A stretch of 41,527 nt of DNA, taken from NCBI GenBank assembly GCA_041499435.1, contig JBGQKF010000002.1, positions 1-41,527 of the forward strand, written 5' to 3'. Below are positions 8,484 to 16,533 of this stretch, piece after piece; position 1 is the stretch's first letter, and each line of letters starts with the position of its first letter. A model generated the notes under the pieces. It saw only the letters and a program-made list of their open reading frames with translations, ran no database searches and was not told where the DNA came from. The position numbers and the translations under genes are program-made. Source of the stretch: Gammaproteobacteria bacterium (GTDB taxonomy: Bacteria; Pseudomonadota; Gammaproteobacteria; Burkholderiales; SHXO01).

Positions 8484-8514
8484 GGGTCATCGTCGGCGCC
8501 GTCAAGCGAGTTGC

Positions 8515-8553
8515 GCCCCCACCCTGACCCTCCCCCGCTTTGCAGGGGAGGGG
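8515..8553 (-). repeat. REP-type palindromic element (family C), inverted orientation
   Basis: Reverse complement reads CCCCTCCCCTGCAAAGCGGGGGAGGGTCAGGGTGGGGGC, the same architecture as the copies at 2306, 3331 and 10334. Sits between selD and cysE. Confidence 0.85.
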
Positions 8554-8585
8554 ACACAGCGTGAAGCATTCCAAAGGACGCAAGC

Positions 8586-9371
8586 ATGGATATTCTGCAA
8601 AAAGACACTTGGGCCGAGCTGCGCCGGCTGGCGATTGCCGAGGCTGAGCGTGAGCCGGTGTTGTCGGGACACTTGTACGACCTGGTGATCCGCCACCGCG
8701 GCTATCCCGAGGCGCTGGCCTATCTCATCGCTGCAAGCCTTGGCAATCAGGTCTTCAATGCGGTAGCGATGTCCGATCTGTGCAACGAAACGCTGGCGGG
8801 ACATCCCGACATCATCACCTCCAGCCTCTACGATCTCAATGCGGTGCGCGAGCGCGATCCGGCATGCGAAAACGTGCTCATTCCGTATCTCTACTACAAG
8901 GGCTTCAAGGGCCTGCAGGCCTATCGCATTGCGCACGCCTTGTGGGATGCTGGCCGCACGGGCGTCGCGCGCTTTATGCAGAGCCGCGTCACCGAGGTAT
9001 TCGCGATCGATATTCACCCAGCGGCGCGCGTGGGGCGCGGCGTGTTCATCGATCATGCGACGGGTATCGTCGTGGGCCAGACCAGCGTGATCGAGGATGA
9101 TGTGTCGATGCTGCAGTCGGTTACGCTCGGCGGCACAGGCAAGGAGACCGGCGATCGTCATCCCAAGATCCGTCGGGGTGTGATGATCGGCGCAGGCGCG
9201 AAGATCCTCGGCAACATCGAGATCGGCGAAGGTGCGAAGGTCGCTGCAGGCAGCGTGGTTACCAAGCCCGTTGCTCCGCATACCACCGTGGCCGGGGTGC
9301 CAGCCCATCCGGTAGGACGTCCAACCTCTGAGATTCCTGCTTATGACATGAATCAGGAGTTGGATGAGTAA
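8586..9371 (+). CDS. cysE: serine O-acetyltransferase
   Basis: 261 aa. SATase N-terminal helical domain, then left-handed beta-helix hexapeptide repeats (DIHPAARVGRGVFIDHATGIVVGQTSVIEDDVSMLQSVTLGG...IGAGAKILGNIEIGEGAKVAAGSVV). Confidence 0.9.
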   Translation: MDILQKDTWAELRRLAIAEAEREPVLSGHLYDLVIRHRGYPEALAYLIAASLGNQVFNAVAMSDLCNETLAGHPDIITSSLYDLNAVRERDPACENVLIPYLYYKGFKGLQAYRIAHALWDAGRTGVARFMQSRVTEVFAIDIHPAARVGRGVFIDHATGIVVGQTSVIEDDVSMLQSVTLGGTGKETGDRHPKIRRGVMIGAGAKILGNIEIGEGAKVAAGSVVTKPVAPHTTVAGVPAHPVGRPTSEIPAYDMNQELDE

Positions 9372-9375
9372 CGAG

Positions 9376-9553
9376 GTGAAAAGGTGAAGAAGTGAAAAGG
9401 TGAACAGGGGGCGCTTCATGTGCTGAAAGCGAAGGATGTGAAGGATGCCCTCGCCGCTAGTTATGATCGAGGCCTCGCTCGTGCAACGTCGCCTTCCATG
9501 TTCACCTTTTCACCTTTTCACCTCTTCACCTCTTCACCTCTTCACCTCTTCAC
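9376..9553. repeat. family-A inverted tandem-8-mer hairpin element
   Basis: Left arm 9376-9407: GTGAAAAG GTGAAGAA GTGAAAAG GTGAACAG. Right arm 9501-9553: TTCACCTT x2, TTCACCTC x4, TTCAC. By hand alignment the inner 32 nt of the arms pair at 29 of 32 positions around a loop of about 93 nt. Starts 5 nt after the cysE stop and ends 7 nt before ATG 9561. Confidence 0.9.
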
Positions 9554-9560
9554 GCTTCTC

Positions 9561-10304
9561 ATGCTCCTCCTCGACAACGTCTCCAAGTCATTCGGCGCAA
9601 AGCAAGCCCTGGCGCCGACGTCGCTCGCGCCGCAGCCGGGGAAGACCACCGTTCTAATCGGGCCGAGCGGCTGCGGCAAGTCTACGCTGCTGCGTCTGAT
9701 GATCGGGCTGATCACGCCTGACAGCGGCAGCGTCAAGGTCGATAGCGCACCGTTAACGGCAAGCAATGTCGACGAGGTGCGGCATCGCGTCGGCTATGTC
9801 ATACAGGATGGGGGACTGTTTCCGCACCTCACCGCGTATGGCAACGTCACCTTGCTGCCTCGCTATCTGCGCAAGGAATCCGGTTGGATCGAGCAGCGTG
9901 TCAACGAGCTCGCTGCTCTCGTGAGCATCTCACGCGATACGCTGTCACGCTATCCGGCCGGGCTTTCCGGGGGAGAGCGCCAGCGCGTGGCGCTGATGCG
10001 TGCGCTCATGCTCGACCCACAGTTGCTCCTGCTCGACGAGCCGCTCGCCGCGCTCGACCCGATCATCCGCCGCGGCCTGCAGACTGAGCTCAAGGAGATT
10101 TTCGCGCGGCTCAGAAAGACCGTGGTGCTGGTGACGCACGATCTGCATGAAGCGGCGTGGTTTGGGGATGAGATCGTGCTGATGCGCGAAGGGCACATCG
10201 TCCAGCGCGGTACGCTCGATGACTTGCTGTCGCGTCCGGGGGAACCGTTCGTGACGGAGTTCGTACATGCGCAGCGGGCGGATCCGAGATTGGCCGCTGC
10301 ATGA
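9561..10304 (+). CDS. ABC transporter ATP-binding protein (glycine betaine/choline/osmoprotectant type)
   Basis: Walker A GPSGCGKST, signature LSGGERQRV, Walker B LLLLDEP. Start chosen at ATG 9561 (MLLLDNVSKSFG). The upstream part of track ORF 9420..10304 is only the translation of the repeat (FTFSPFHLFTSSPLHLFT). No SD visible. Confidence 0.85.
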   Translation: MLLLDNVSKSFGAKQALAPTSLAPQPGKTTVLIGPSGCGKSTLLRLMIGLITPDSGSVKVDSAPLTASNVDEVRHRVGYVIQDGGLFPHLTAYGNVTLLPRYLRKESGWIEQRVNELAALVSISRDTLSRYPAGLSGGERQRVALMRALMLDPQLLLLDEPLAALDPIIRRGLQTELKEIFARLRKTVVLVTHDLHEAAWFGDEIVLMREGHIVQRGTLDDLLSRPGEPFVTEFVHAQRADPRLAAA

Positions 10305-11941
10305 GCCCTCAGCGTGCGACACCGCGCAGGCCACTCCCTCCCTTGCGAAGCGGGGGAGGGCTGGGGAGGGGGCAAGGTCCGGCGAGGTGGAGAGGTCCAG
10401 CGAGGGGGCGAGGTCGAGATTCGCGCGCACCGCGTCGCTTATGTCAAGCCGGCGCAGCACTTGCCGCTGTCCTGGGCTTGCTCGGCACCGGGGGCGCCAC
10501 TGCGGAACAGACCGAGCTCACCATCGGTTCCAAGCGCTTCACCGAGTCCTACATCCTGGGCGAGATCCTGCTCGCGAGCACACGCACGGCCGGTGTTCAG
10601 GCGCAGCACAAGCAGGGTCTGGGCAACACCGGCATTCTGTTCGAAGCGCTGAAAAGCGGCAGCATCGACCTTTACCCCGATTACACGGGCACCATCGGTC
10701 GCGAGCTGCTCAAATCGGACGCCTCGGATCTCGCATCGCTCAATCGGGGACTCGCTCCTCTGGGCCTTGGTGTAGCGGTGCCGCTGGGGTTCGAGAACAC
10801 GTACGCGCTCGCGATGCCCGATGCTAAGGCGCAGCAGCTGGGTGTGCGCACGATCGGCGATCTCGCGAAGCATGCCGAGCTCCGCCTGGGCCTGTCACAT
10901 GAATTCTTGAATCGCAGCGATGGCTGGCCTGGATTGCAGCGTACCTACGCGTTGCCGCAATCGCCCAGCGGACTTGATCATGGGCTGGCCTATGAAGCCC
11001 TCGCCGGCGGCCAGATCGATGTGATGGACATCTACTCCACCGACGCGAAGATCGCGAAGTACAAGCTGCGCGTGCTCGAGGACGACAAGCACTATTTCCC
11101 CGAGTATGCGGCCGTGCTGGTCTATCGGCTCGATGTTCCGCAGCGTTTCCCGGCGGCGTGGACGGCCATGCAGAAGTTGCAGGGAAAGATCAGTGCGGCT
11201 CAGATGGTGCAGATGAACGCGCAGGCCGAGCTGGAGAGCAAAGCCTTTCCAGAGATCGCAGCTCAGTTTCTGGCGCAGGCAGGTCCCGCTTCGACCGGGA
11301 ACTCAGCGCGCGCGAATTTCTGGTCACGGCTGTTCGGCGGTGACTTCTGGCGCCTGACCTGGCAGCACCTACTGCTGGTGTTCGCCTCGCTCGCTGCCGC
11401 GATCGCGATCGGCGTCCCGCTCGGTGTGTGGGCAGCGCGCTCGCCGCGGGCGGCACAGCCGGTTCTCACCGCGGTGGGTTTGATTCAAACCATTCCGTCG
11501 CTCGCGTTGCTGGCGTTTCTCATCCCGTTGCTGGGTGCGATCGGGATCTGGCCGGCACTGGTTGCGTTGTTTCTTTATGCGCTGTTGCCGATCGTGCGTA
11601 ACACCCACAGCGGCATCGTCGACATCGCACCGAACCTGCGAGAGTCGGCGCAGGCGCTGGGCATCGCGCCTGCCGCGCGACTGCGACTGGTGGAGCTGCC
11701 GCTCGCCGCCCGCTCGATTCTCGCCGGGATCAAGACCTCAGCGGTCATCAACGTCGGCACTGCAACGATCGCCGCGTTCATTGGTGCGGGAGGGTATGGC
11801 GAGCGCATCGTGACCGGCCTGGCTTTGAACGACAATCAGATGCTGCTCGCTGGCGCGATTCCCGCCGCGGTGCTCGCGCTGCTCGTGCATTGGAGCTTCG
11901 AGCTGCTCGATCGGCGGCTGATTCCGGCAGGTGTGCGGTAG
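10301..11941 (+). CDS. fused osmoprotectant ABC transporter substrate-binding protein / permease
   Basis: 546 aa. N-terminal OpuBC-like binding domain (TIGSKRFTESYILGEIL...DLYPDYTGT...). C-terminal BPD-type permease with about 5-6 hydrophobic segments. ATG 10301 overlaps the ATPase stop (ATGA). The first ~45 codons are repeat-derived, so the true start is uncertain. Confidence 0.8.
   Translation: MSPQRATPRRPLPPLRSGGGLGRGQGPARWRGPARGRGRDSRAPRRLCQAGAALAAVLGLLGTGGATAEQTELTIGSKRFTESYILGEILLASTRTAGVQAQHKQGLGNTGILFEALKSGSIDLYPDYTGTIGRELLKSDASDLASLNRGLAPLGLGVAVPLGFENTYALAMPDAKAQQLGVRTIGDLAKHAELRLGLSHEFLNRSDGWPGLQRTYALPQSPSGLDHGLAYEALAGGQIDVMDIYSTDAKIAKYKLRVLEDDKHYFPEYAAVLVYRLDVPQRFPAAWTAMQKLQGKISAAQMVQMNAQAELESKAFPEIAAQFLAQAGPASTGNSARANFWSRLFGGDFWRLTWQHLLLVFASLAAAIAIGVPLGVWAARSPRAAQPVLTAVGLIQTIPSLALLAFLIPLLGAIGIWPALVALFLYALLPIVRNTHSGIVDIAPNLRESAQALGIAPAARLRLVELPLAARSILAGIKTSAVINVGTATIAAFIGAGGYGERIVTGLALNDNQMLLAGAIPAAVLALLVHWSFELLDRRLIPAGVR
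10334..10377 (+). repeat. REP-type palindromic element (family C) inside the 5' part of the fused opu-like ORF
   Basis: CTCCCTCCCTTGCGAAGCGGGGGAGGGCTGGGGAGGGGGCAAGG, followed at 10378-10425 by degenerate GCGAGGT/GAGAGGT units resembling the 8-mer arrays. Confidence 0.9.
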
Positions 11942-11959
11942 CAGGACGGAGCTTGAAGG

Positions 11960-13132
11960 CTAGTGATCGCGATAGCGCAGCGTGTTCAGCATTGCGTTGG
12001 TGAGCTCGATGTCGGAGAGCGTCTGGTTGGCAACCTGAGTGAACATGCGGGTGCGGATGCGCGTGAGCTCACCGATCAGGAAATCCTTGCTGAGCCTGGA
12101 ATCGAGCAATGCCTGAGGATTGAGCCGGCTATCTCTGCCGAAGTTCTCGTACATGGCGGCTAGCCGCTGCTTCAACTGGTCATCATCGAGCTTTTTTTCG
12201 CCGGTGAACTGGTCGAACTTCTTCCGCAGCTGCGCGTACCCTTGTGCTTCGATGGCGGGCTTGACCTTGTCGTAGTGCTGTTGCGATTGCGCATCGAGGC
12301 GCGAGCGATCCAGGTGCAACATCGCCTCGCGGCCTTGCGGTCCGCCATTGACCATCATGAAGGTGAGCTCACGCGCGAAGAAATCGTAATCGGATTGCTT
12401 GGGCGTCGCGGCCTGGACCGCGGCGACGCTGTCCGGTGATCCGATCCACTTCAGAACTTCCAGCACGCGCTCGGTGAGCTCCGGATCTTTGAGCTTGGGC
12501 TGCAGGCGGCGCTCGCCCTCCAATCCGTACACGCCATAAAGAAAAGCGCACATCAGCGTGGGATTGAGCGTGAGCGATTGATCGGACATGAACACCCCCC
12601 GCTCGGTCGGCAGGAAGGTGCGATCGATGAACGGGAGCAGAGCGGGATCACCGGAGGTGGCCAGGCCTTGCGTCAGGCGAAACAATTGGTCGAAATTCGC
12701 CTGGACGATCGGCGCTTGCGTGTCGATCGCCAGCAGCGCCTGCAACGCACGTTTGCGGTCTTCGGCTCCGCCGTCGAGATAGAGAAAGGAGCCGACGTCG
12801 AGCAGCAGCAGTTGCGAGGGCTTCGGCCGGTTCAGCTCAGCGGCGAGCTCACGCCGCAATACCGGCATCGCCTCATCGTGATGCGCATGGTAGAACTGCC
12901 AGGCCTCGTCCATCCCCTCGTTGTGCTGGCGAAGTTGCTCCGGCGTCGCGTCCGCGGGCAATGAGCGCAGCTGCGAGAGCCGCTGCAGTGTTTCCTGTTC
13001 GGTGGATGCGGCTTGCGCGCTGCCGATGATGATCATCAGCCAGCCCGACAACAGCATCATCAGGGTGACGGTGTAGCCAGAGCTTCTGGCTCTGGCCGTG
13101 CGAAACAGTTGCAAGATAGATTGCTCCCTCAT
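11960..13132 (-). CDS. hypothetical protein with an N-terminal signal/anchor segment (function unknown)
   Basis: 390 aa. Non-shadow amino-acid composition. Hydrophobic N-terminus YTVTLMMLLSGWLMIIIGSAQA. Its start overlaps the upstream GST stop by 1 nt (TAATG). I recognise no family. Confidence 0.7.
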   Translation of the reverse strand: MREQSILQLFRTARARSSGYTVTLMMLLSGWLMIIIGSAQAASTEQETLQRLSQLRSLPADATPEQLRQHNEGMDEAWQFYHAHHDEAMPVLRRELAAELNRPKPSQLLLLDVGSFLYLDGGAEDRKRALQALLAIDTQAPIVQANFDQLFRLTQGLATSGDPALLPFIDRTFLPTERGVFMSDQSLTLNPTLMCAFLYGVYGLEGERRLQPKLKDPELTERVLEVLKWIGSPDSVAAVQAATPKQSDYDFFARELTFMMVNGGPQGREAMLHLDRSRLDAQSQQHYDKVKPAIEAQGYAQLRKKFDQFTGEKKLDDDQLKQRLAAMYENFGRDSRLNPQALLDSRLSKDFLIGELTRIRTRMFTQVANQTLSDIELTNAMLNTLRYRDH

Positions 13133-13797
13133 TATCGGTTGGCATAGGGCTCGTCGGCCGCAACAAACTCCGTTTCGGCCAGCGCTCCCGCGCGCCAGCG
13201 CAGCACACCGGGCAGGCCGAGCACCGCGTTGGCATAGTGCTGCGCGAGCGCAGGCAGCTCGACTGCATAGGTGACGAATCGCGAGACCACGGGCGCATAC
13301 ATCGCGTCCGCGCAGGTGAACGATCCGAACAGCAGATCGCCACCGCTGCCGAAGCGCTCACGGCACGATTCCCAGATGGATACGATGCGCGCGATATCGT
13401 TCTCGACGGCAGGCGTGCGGCCTTTTCCGGGATGCGCAGACCGGATATTCATCGGCATGTGGCGGCGCAGCTCACGGAAGCCGGCGTGCATCTCGGCACT
13501 GATCGAGCGTGCGACGCGCCTGGCATTCGCGGCGGTCGGCCACAGCAGCTTCTGCGGGTAGAGCTCCGCGATGGTTTCGCAGATCGCCAGAGAGTCCCAC
13601 ACCGGCTGTCCGTCGACCCACAGTACCGGCAGCTGGCCGTTCGGCGACAGTTCGCCAATCCCGGCGACCTTGCCGTCATCGGTGAACTTGAGCTGCACCT
13701 CAGTGAATGGGATGCCGGCCTGCGTGAGCAGGACCCAGGGACGCATGGACCACGACGAGTAGTTCTTGTTGGCGATGACGAGTTTGAGTTCGGGCAT
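13132..13797 (-). CDS. glutathione S-transferase family protein
   Basis: LKLVIANKNYSSWSMRPWVLL...LPVLWVDGQPVWDSLAICETI is a thioredoxin-like GST N-domain, followed by a helical C-domain. ATG 13797 preferred (AGGA about 9 nt upstream); ATG 13806 is the alternative. Confidence 0.85.
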   Translation of the reverse strand: MPELKLVIANKNYSSWSMRPWVLLTQAGIPFTEVQLKFTDDGKVAGIGELSPNGQLPVLWVDGQPVWDSLAICETIAELYPQKLLWPTAANARRVARSISAEMHAGFRELRRHMPMNIRSAHPGKGRTPAVENDIARIVSIWESCRERFGSGGDLLFGSFTCADAMYAPVVSRFVTYAVELPALAQHYANAVLGLPGVLRWRAGALAETEFVAADEPYANR

Positions 13798-13839
13798 GGC
13801 GTGCATCCTATCAGCGTTTACCTCAGGTGAGTACGCACG

Positions 13840-15225
13840 TCAACCCTGCAGCGGCTGCAGTTCGCCCAGTACGGTCGGGATCAGCTCGCTGACCGTTGGA
13901 TGAATGCGCACGCCTCGCTGGAGCGCTGTGTAAGGCAGCTTCGCGTAGATCGCGTCCAGCACGGTATGCACCACTTCATCGCCCGACGTGCCGAGGATGT
14001 GCATGCCGAGGATGCGCTTGCTGTCCGCTTCCACCAGCACTTTCATGAAGCCCTGCGTTTCGCCTTTCTCCACCGCGCGGGCGACGCGCGTCATCGGGCG
14101 CTTGCCGACCAGCGCGCGAATCCCGGCTTGTCTGATCTCCGCCTCGCTCATGCCGACGCGTCCGAACGGCGGATCCGTGAACAGCGCGTACGCGGTGACG
14201 CGGTCGCTCACCTTGCGGCCGGCATTCTCCAGCAGATTCCCGGCAATGATCTCGTAGTCGTTGTACGAGGTGTGCGTGAACGCGCCTTTGCCGTTGCAAT
14301 CGCCGAGCGCCCACACCTGCGGATTGGTGGTGCGCAATTCGTCGTCGACTTTGATGTAGCCTTTGTCGTCTACCGCGATGCCGGCTTTATCCAGGCCCAG
14401 ATCGTCGGTGTTCGGCACGCGTCCGACGGCAAGCAGCAGATGCGAGCCGCTCACCGTGGGGGCACCTTGCTGGCAGTCGACCTTCACGTCGATGCCGGTC
14501 CCGTTTCTCGCTACGGACAGGCACCTGGCATTGAGTCGGATTTCGACGCCTTCGCCTTCCAAGGCTTCTCGCACACCGGCGGATACATCTTCATCCTCGC
14601 GGGCGATCAGCCGTGGCGCCATCTCGATGACGGTGACGCGGCTGCCGAAGCGGCGAAATATCTGTCCGAACTCCAGCCCAACGTAGCTGCCGCCGACGAT
14701 GATCAGATGCTCGGGCAGGAAATCCACGTCCATCAAGCTGACGTTGGTGAGGTAAGGCACACTGTCGATGCCGGGCATCTTCGGTATTAGAGGACGGCCA
14801 CCGACATTGACGAAGATGCGCGGTGCGGTGAGGCGGTCGTCGTTCACGCGCACCGTCTGCGGCCCCTCGAAGCGCGCGTGGCCGAGGAAAACGCGTCCGT
14901 TCTCGAGATTGCGCATCCACTGTTCAATGCCGTGGTTGGAGCGGCCCACCACCGCGTCCTTGCGTGCTTTCACCTTCTTCATGTCGACGCGGATCGGACT
15001 GTCGATCTCTATGCCGTATTCGGTGGCCCGGCGTGCGAGATGTGCGGCGTAGGCGCTTGCCACCATGGTCTTAGTCGGTGTGCAGCCGTTGTTGACGCAG
15101 GTGCCGCCGAACTTGTCGCGTTCGATGACGGCGACTTTCATGCTGGCTTGCGACAGGTGTGCCGCCAGGGAGGGACCGGACTGGCCGGTGCCGATGATAA
15201 TCGCGGCGAAAGTGAGATCGGACAT
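13840..15225 (-). CDS. FAD-dependent pyridine nucleotide-disulfide oxidoreductase, RclA/MerA-like (class I)
   Basis: 461 aa. FAD fold IIIGTGQSG, redox CxxxxC GGTCVNNGCTPTK, NAD fold IVGGSYVGLEF, C-terminal dimerisation domain with HPTVSE. No NmerA domain and no C-terminal Cys pair. GGAGG RBS. Confidence 0.88.
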   Translation of the reverse strand: MSDLTFAAIIIGTGQSGPSLAAHLSQASMKVAVIERDKFGGTCVNNGCTPTKTMVASAYAAHLARRATEYGIEIDSPIRVDMKKVKARKDAVVGRSNHGIEQWMRNLENGRVFLGHARFEGPQTVRVNDDRLTAPRIFVNVGGRPLIPKMPGIDSVPYLTNVSLMDVDFLPEHLIIVGGSYVGLEFGQIFRRFGSRVTVIEMAPRLIAREDEDVSAGVREALEGEGVEIRLNARCLSVARNGTGIDVKVDCQQGAPTVSGSHLLLAVGRVPNTDDLGLDKAGIAVDDKGYIKVDDELRTTNPQVWALGDCNGKGAFTHTSYNDYEIIAGNLLENAGRKVSDRVTAYALFTDPPFGRVGMSEAEIRQAGIRALVGKRPMTRVARAVEKGETQGFMKVLVEADSKRILGMHILGTSGDEVVHTVLDAIYAKLPYTALQRGVRIHPTVSELIPTVLGELQPLQG

Positions 15226-15286
15226 GCTTGCCTCCGGGTTTCGGGTTGGTCGTGGAGGATGCCGCGGCCTTACGTCTCAATAGCAG

Positions 15287-15318
15287 GTGAAGAGGTGAAG
15301 AAGTAAAAAGGTGAACAG
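15287..15318. repeat. solo arm of a family-A 8-mer array
   Basis: GTGAAGAG GTGAAGAA GTAAAAAG GTGAACAG. The inner junction GTGAACAGGAAAGCGTCCTA resembles GTGAACACGGAAGCGATCTA at 28441. I found no complementary TTCACC arm downstream. Confidence 0.8.
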
Positions 15319-15471
15319 GAAAGCGTCCTAGCCGATGGGACTGCCCGACACGTTCGATAGTTCAGCGCCGGCGGGCGTCGTTCAGAGCGGACTGGACTGG
15401 CTCAGGCCCGCGAACTCCGCCTCCGTGCAGCATCATCGACAGGTGTCAGGAGCCGCGTGATTGCCAGCGAT

Positions 15472-16428
15472 TCAACGATGGACGGGCGTGTCCTCGAACC
15501 GGAAGCCCATCGTCCGGCAGTGATAGTGCAAGCCGCCGTCTTGAACGATGAGCCAGTTCGCGGGCGCAGTGCCGCGATTGTGGTGCGAATGCACGCTGGT
15601 GGGCGGTGTCACCATGGTGACGAACGGCTGCCAGTCTTTGCGCGTGTCATTGACCATCGAGTAGCAGCGATCACCGTTGATGGCGAGCGACACCGCCACC
15701 GATGCGTGGCTGTGGGCGACCTGGTCTTCGCCGGGTCCGAGCTGATTCATCGCCAGCGTAAGCGTCGGAGAGATGTTGCGGCGATCCTCGAGGCGCTCGC
15801 TCGCGAACACGACTGCAAGACCCGCGACGCGCTGCCCTTTGAGTCGCGCACGTGCGCGATCGAGCTCGTCGGCGATCGTGGTGGCGGGGAAATGCGTCGC
15901 TTCGATCAGCGATTCGTCCATCGCGGCTGGCGCGACACGCTCGAAGTCGAGCTGAGGCTGGTTGGTGACCAGCCAGAGGACGCTGTCGCTCTTAGGGCTC
16001 GCCAACTCGATCGGCCGACCGCCGGGAAGCGAAAAGACATCGCCTGAGCTCCAGGCAATCGTGTCGGTGCCCTGGACCGCGCGGCCCGATCCAGCGATCA
16101 CGTAGGCGAGCAAGACGCTCGCTCGCGGCTCGACCATGAGCGACTCGCCGGCGCGTATGCGCGCATACGCGGCGAGGACCAGCGGCGAAGTCGCTGGAAA
16201 CGCAATGCCCAACGCGGCGCTTTGATCGCACTGAATAAGCCTGGTGCCGGTCGCGGGATCGAACGCGGCGTCGCGTTCAGCTACAAAGCTCGCGGCCGGC
16301 ACGTCCGGATAGACGATGTTGAACGCGTTGCCCGAATCGAAATAGCGCGCGCGGCGTGTGTAGGGTGTCTGCGCCTGGGCTGCGTCATCGAATGCCGTGT
16401 CCGCAGCGGCTTTCGCCATGCTGGTCAT
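15472..16428 (-). CDS. bicupin protein (gentisate 1,2-dioxygenase-like fold; specificity unknown)
   Basis: Two cupin-like halves. The metal-ligand-like His cluster occurs only in the C-terminal half (AHSHASVAVSLAINGD...VHSHHN). Start set at ATG 16428, 6 nt after AGGAGG; the track start 16446 is an upstream GTG. Confidence 0.72.
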   Translation of the reverse strand: MTSMAKAAADTAFDDAAQAQTPYTRRARYFDSGNAFNIVYPDVPAASFVAERDAAFDPATGTRLIQCDQSAALGIAFPATSPLVLAAYARIRAGESLMVEPRASVLLAYVIAGSGRAVQGTDTIAWSSGDVFSLPGGRPIELASPKSDSVLWLVTNQPQLDFERVAPAAMDESLIEATHFPATTIADELDRARARLKGQRVAGLAVVFASERLEDRRNISPTLTLAMNQLGPGEDQVAHSHASVAVSLAINGDRCYSMVNDTRKDWQPFVTMVTPPTSVHSHHNRGTAPANWLIVQDGGLHYHCRTMGFRFEDTPVHR

Positions 16429-16533
16429 GCTTATCCTCCTGGTCACCAGTTCGCTGCCTCATCGTTCCATAGTAAGTCAATCTACAAGGATAGGAGGCCT
16501 GTCCGCCCCTGTCGCCTCCTTCGGGAGCACACA

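Noticed and set aside
9376-9553. Possibility that the tandem GTGAA/TTCAC arrays are CRISPR arrays (also at 23796, 25792, 28417 and 41366)
   Set aside because: The units are 8-9 nt and directly abutting, with no unique spacers. The arrays occur as inverted pairs, and there are no cas genes. This is not CRISPR architecture.
9420-9560. Peptides such as FTFSPFHLFTSSPLHLFT, QFTFSPVHLFTFF and LAVHLFTFSPFHLFTSLLLL at the starts of track ORFs (9420, 23897, 28460)
   Set aside because: They are simply translations of the 8-mer arrays cycling through the three frames. Better-supported starts lie downstream of the arrays, and ORF 28460..28750 is antisense to a real gene.
10441-10827. Out-of-frame ORF starting at ATG 10441 (MSSRRSTCRCPG...)
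   Set aside because: Beyond its first 6 codons it is Arg/His-rich shadow sequence overlapping the clear binding-protein frame. It is kept only as a pointer to a possible indel (see the finding at 10301-10440).
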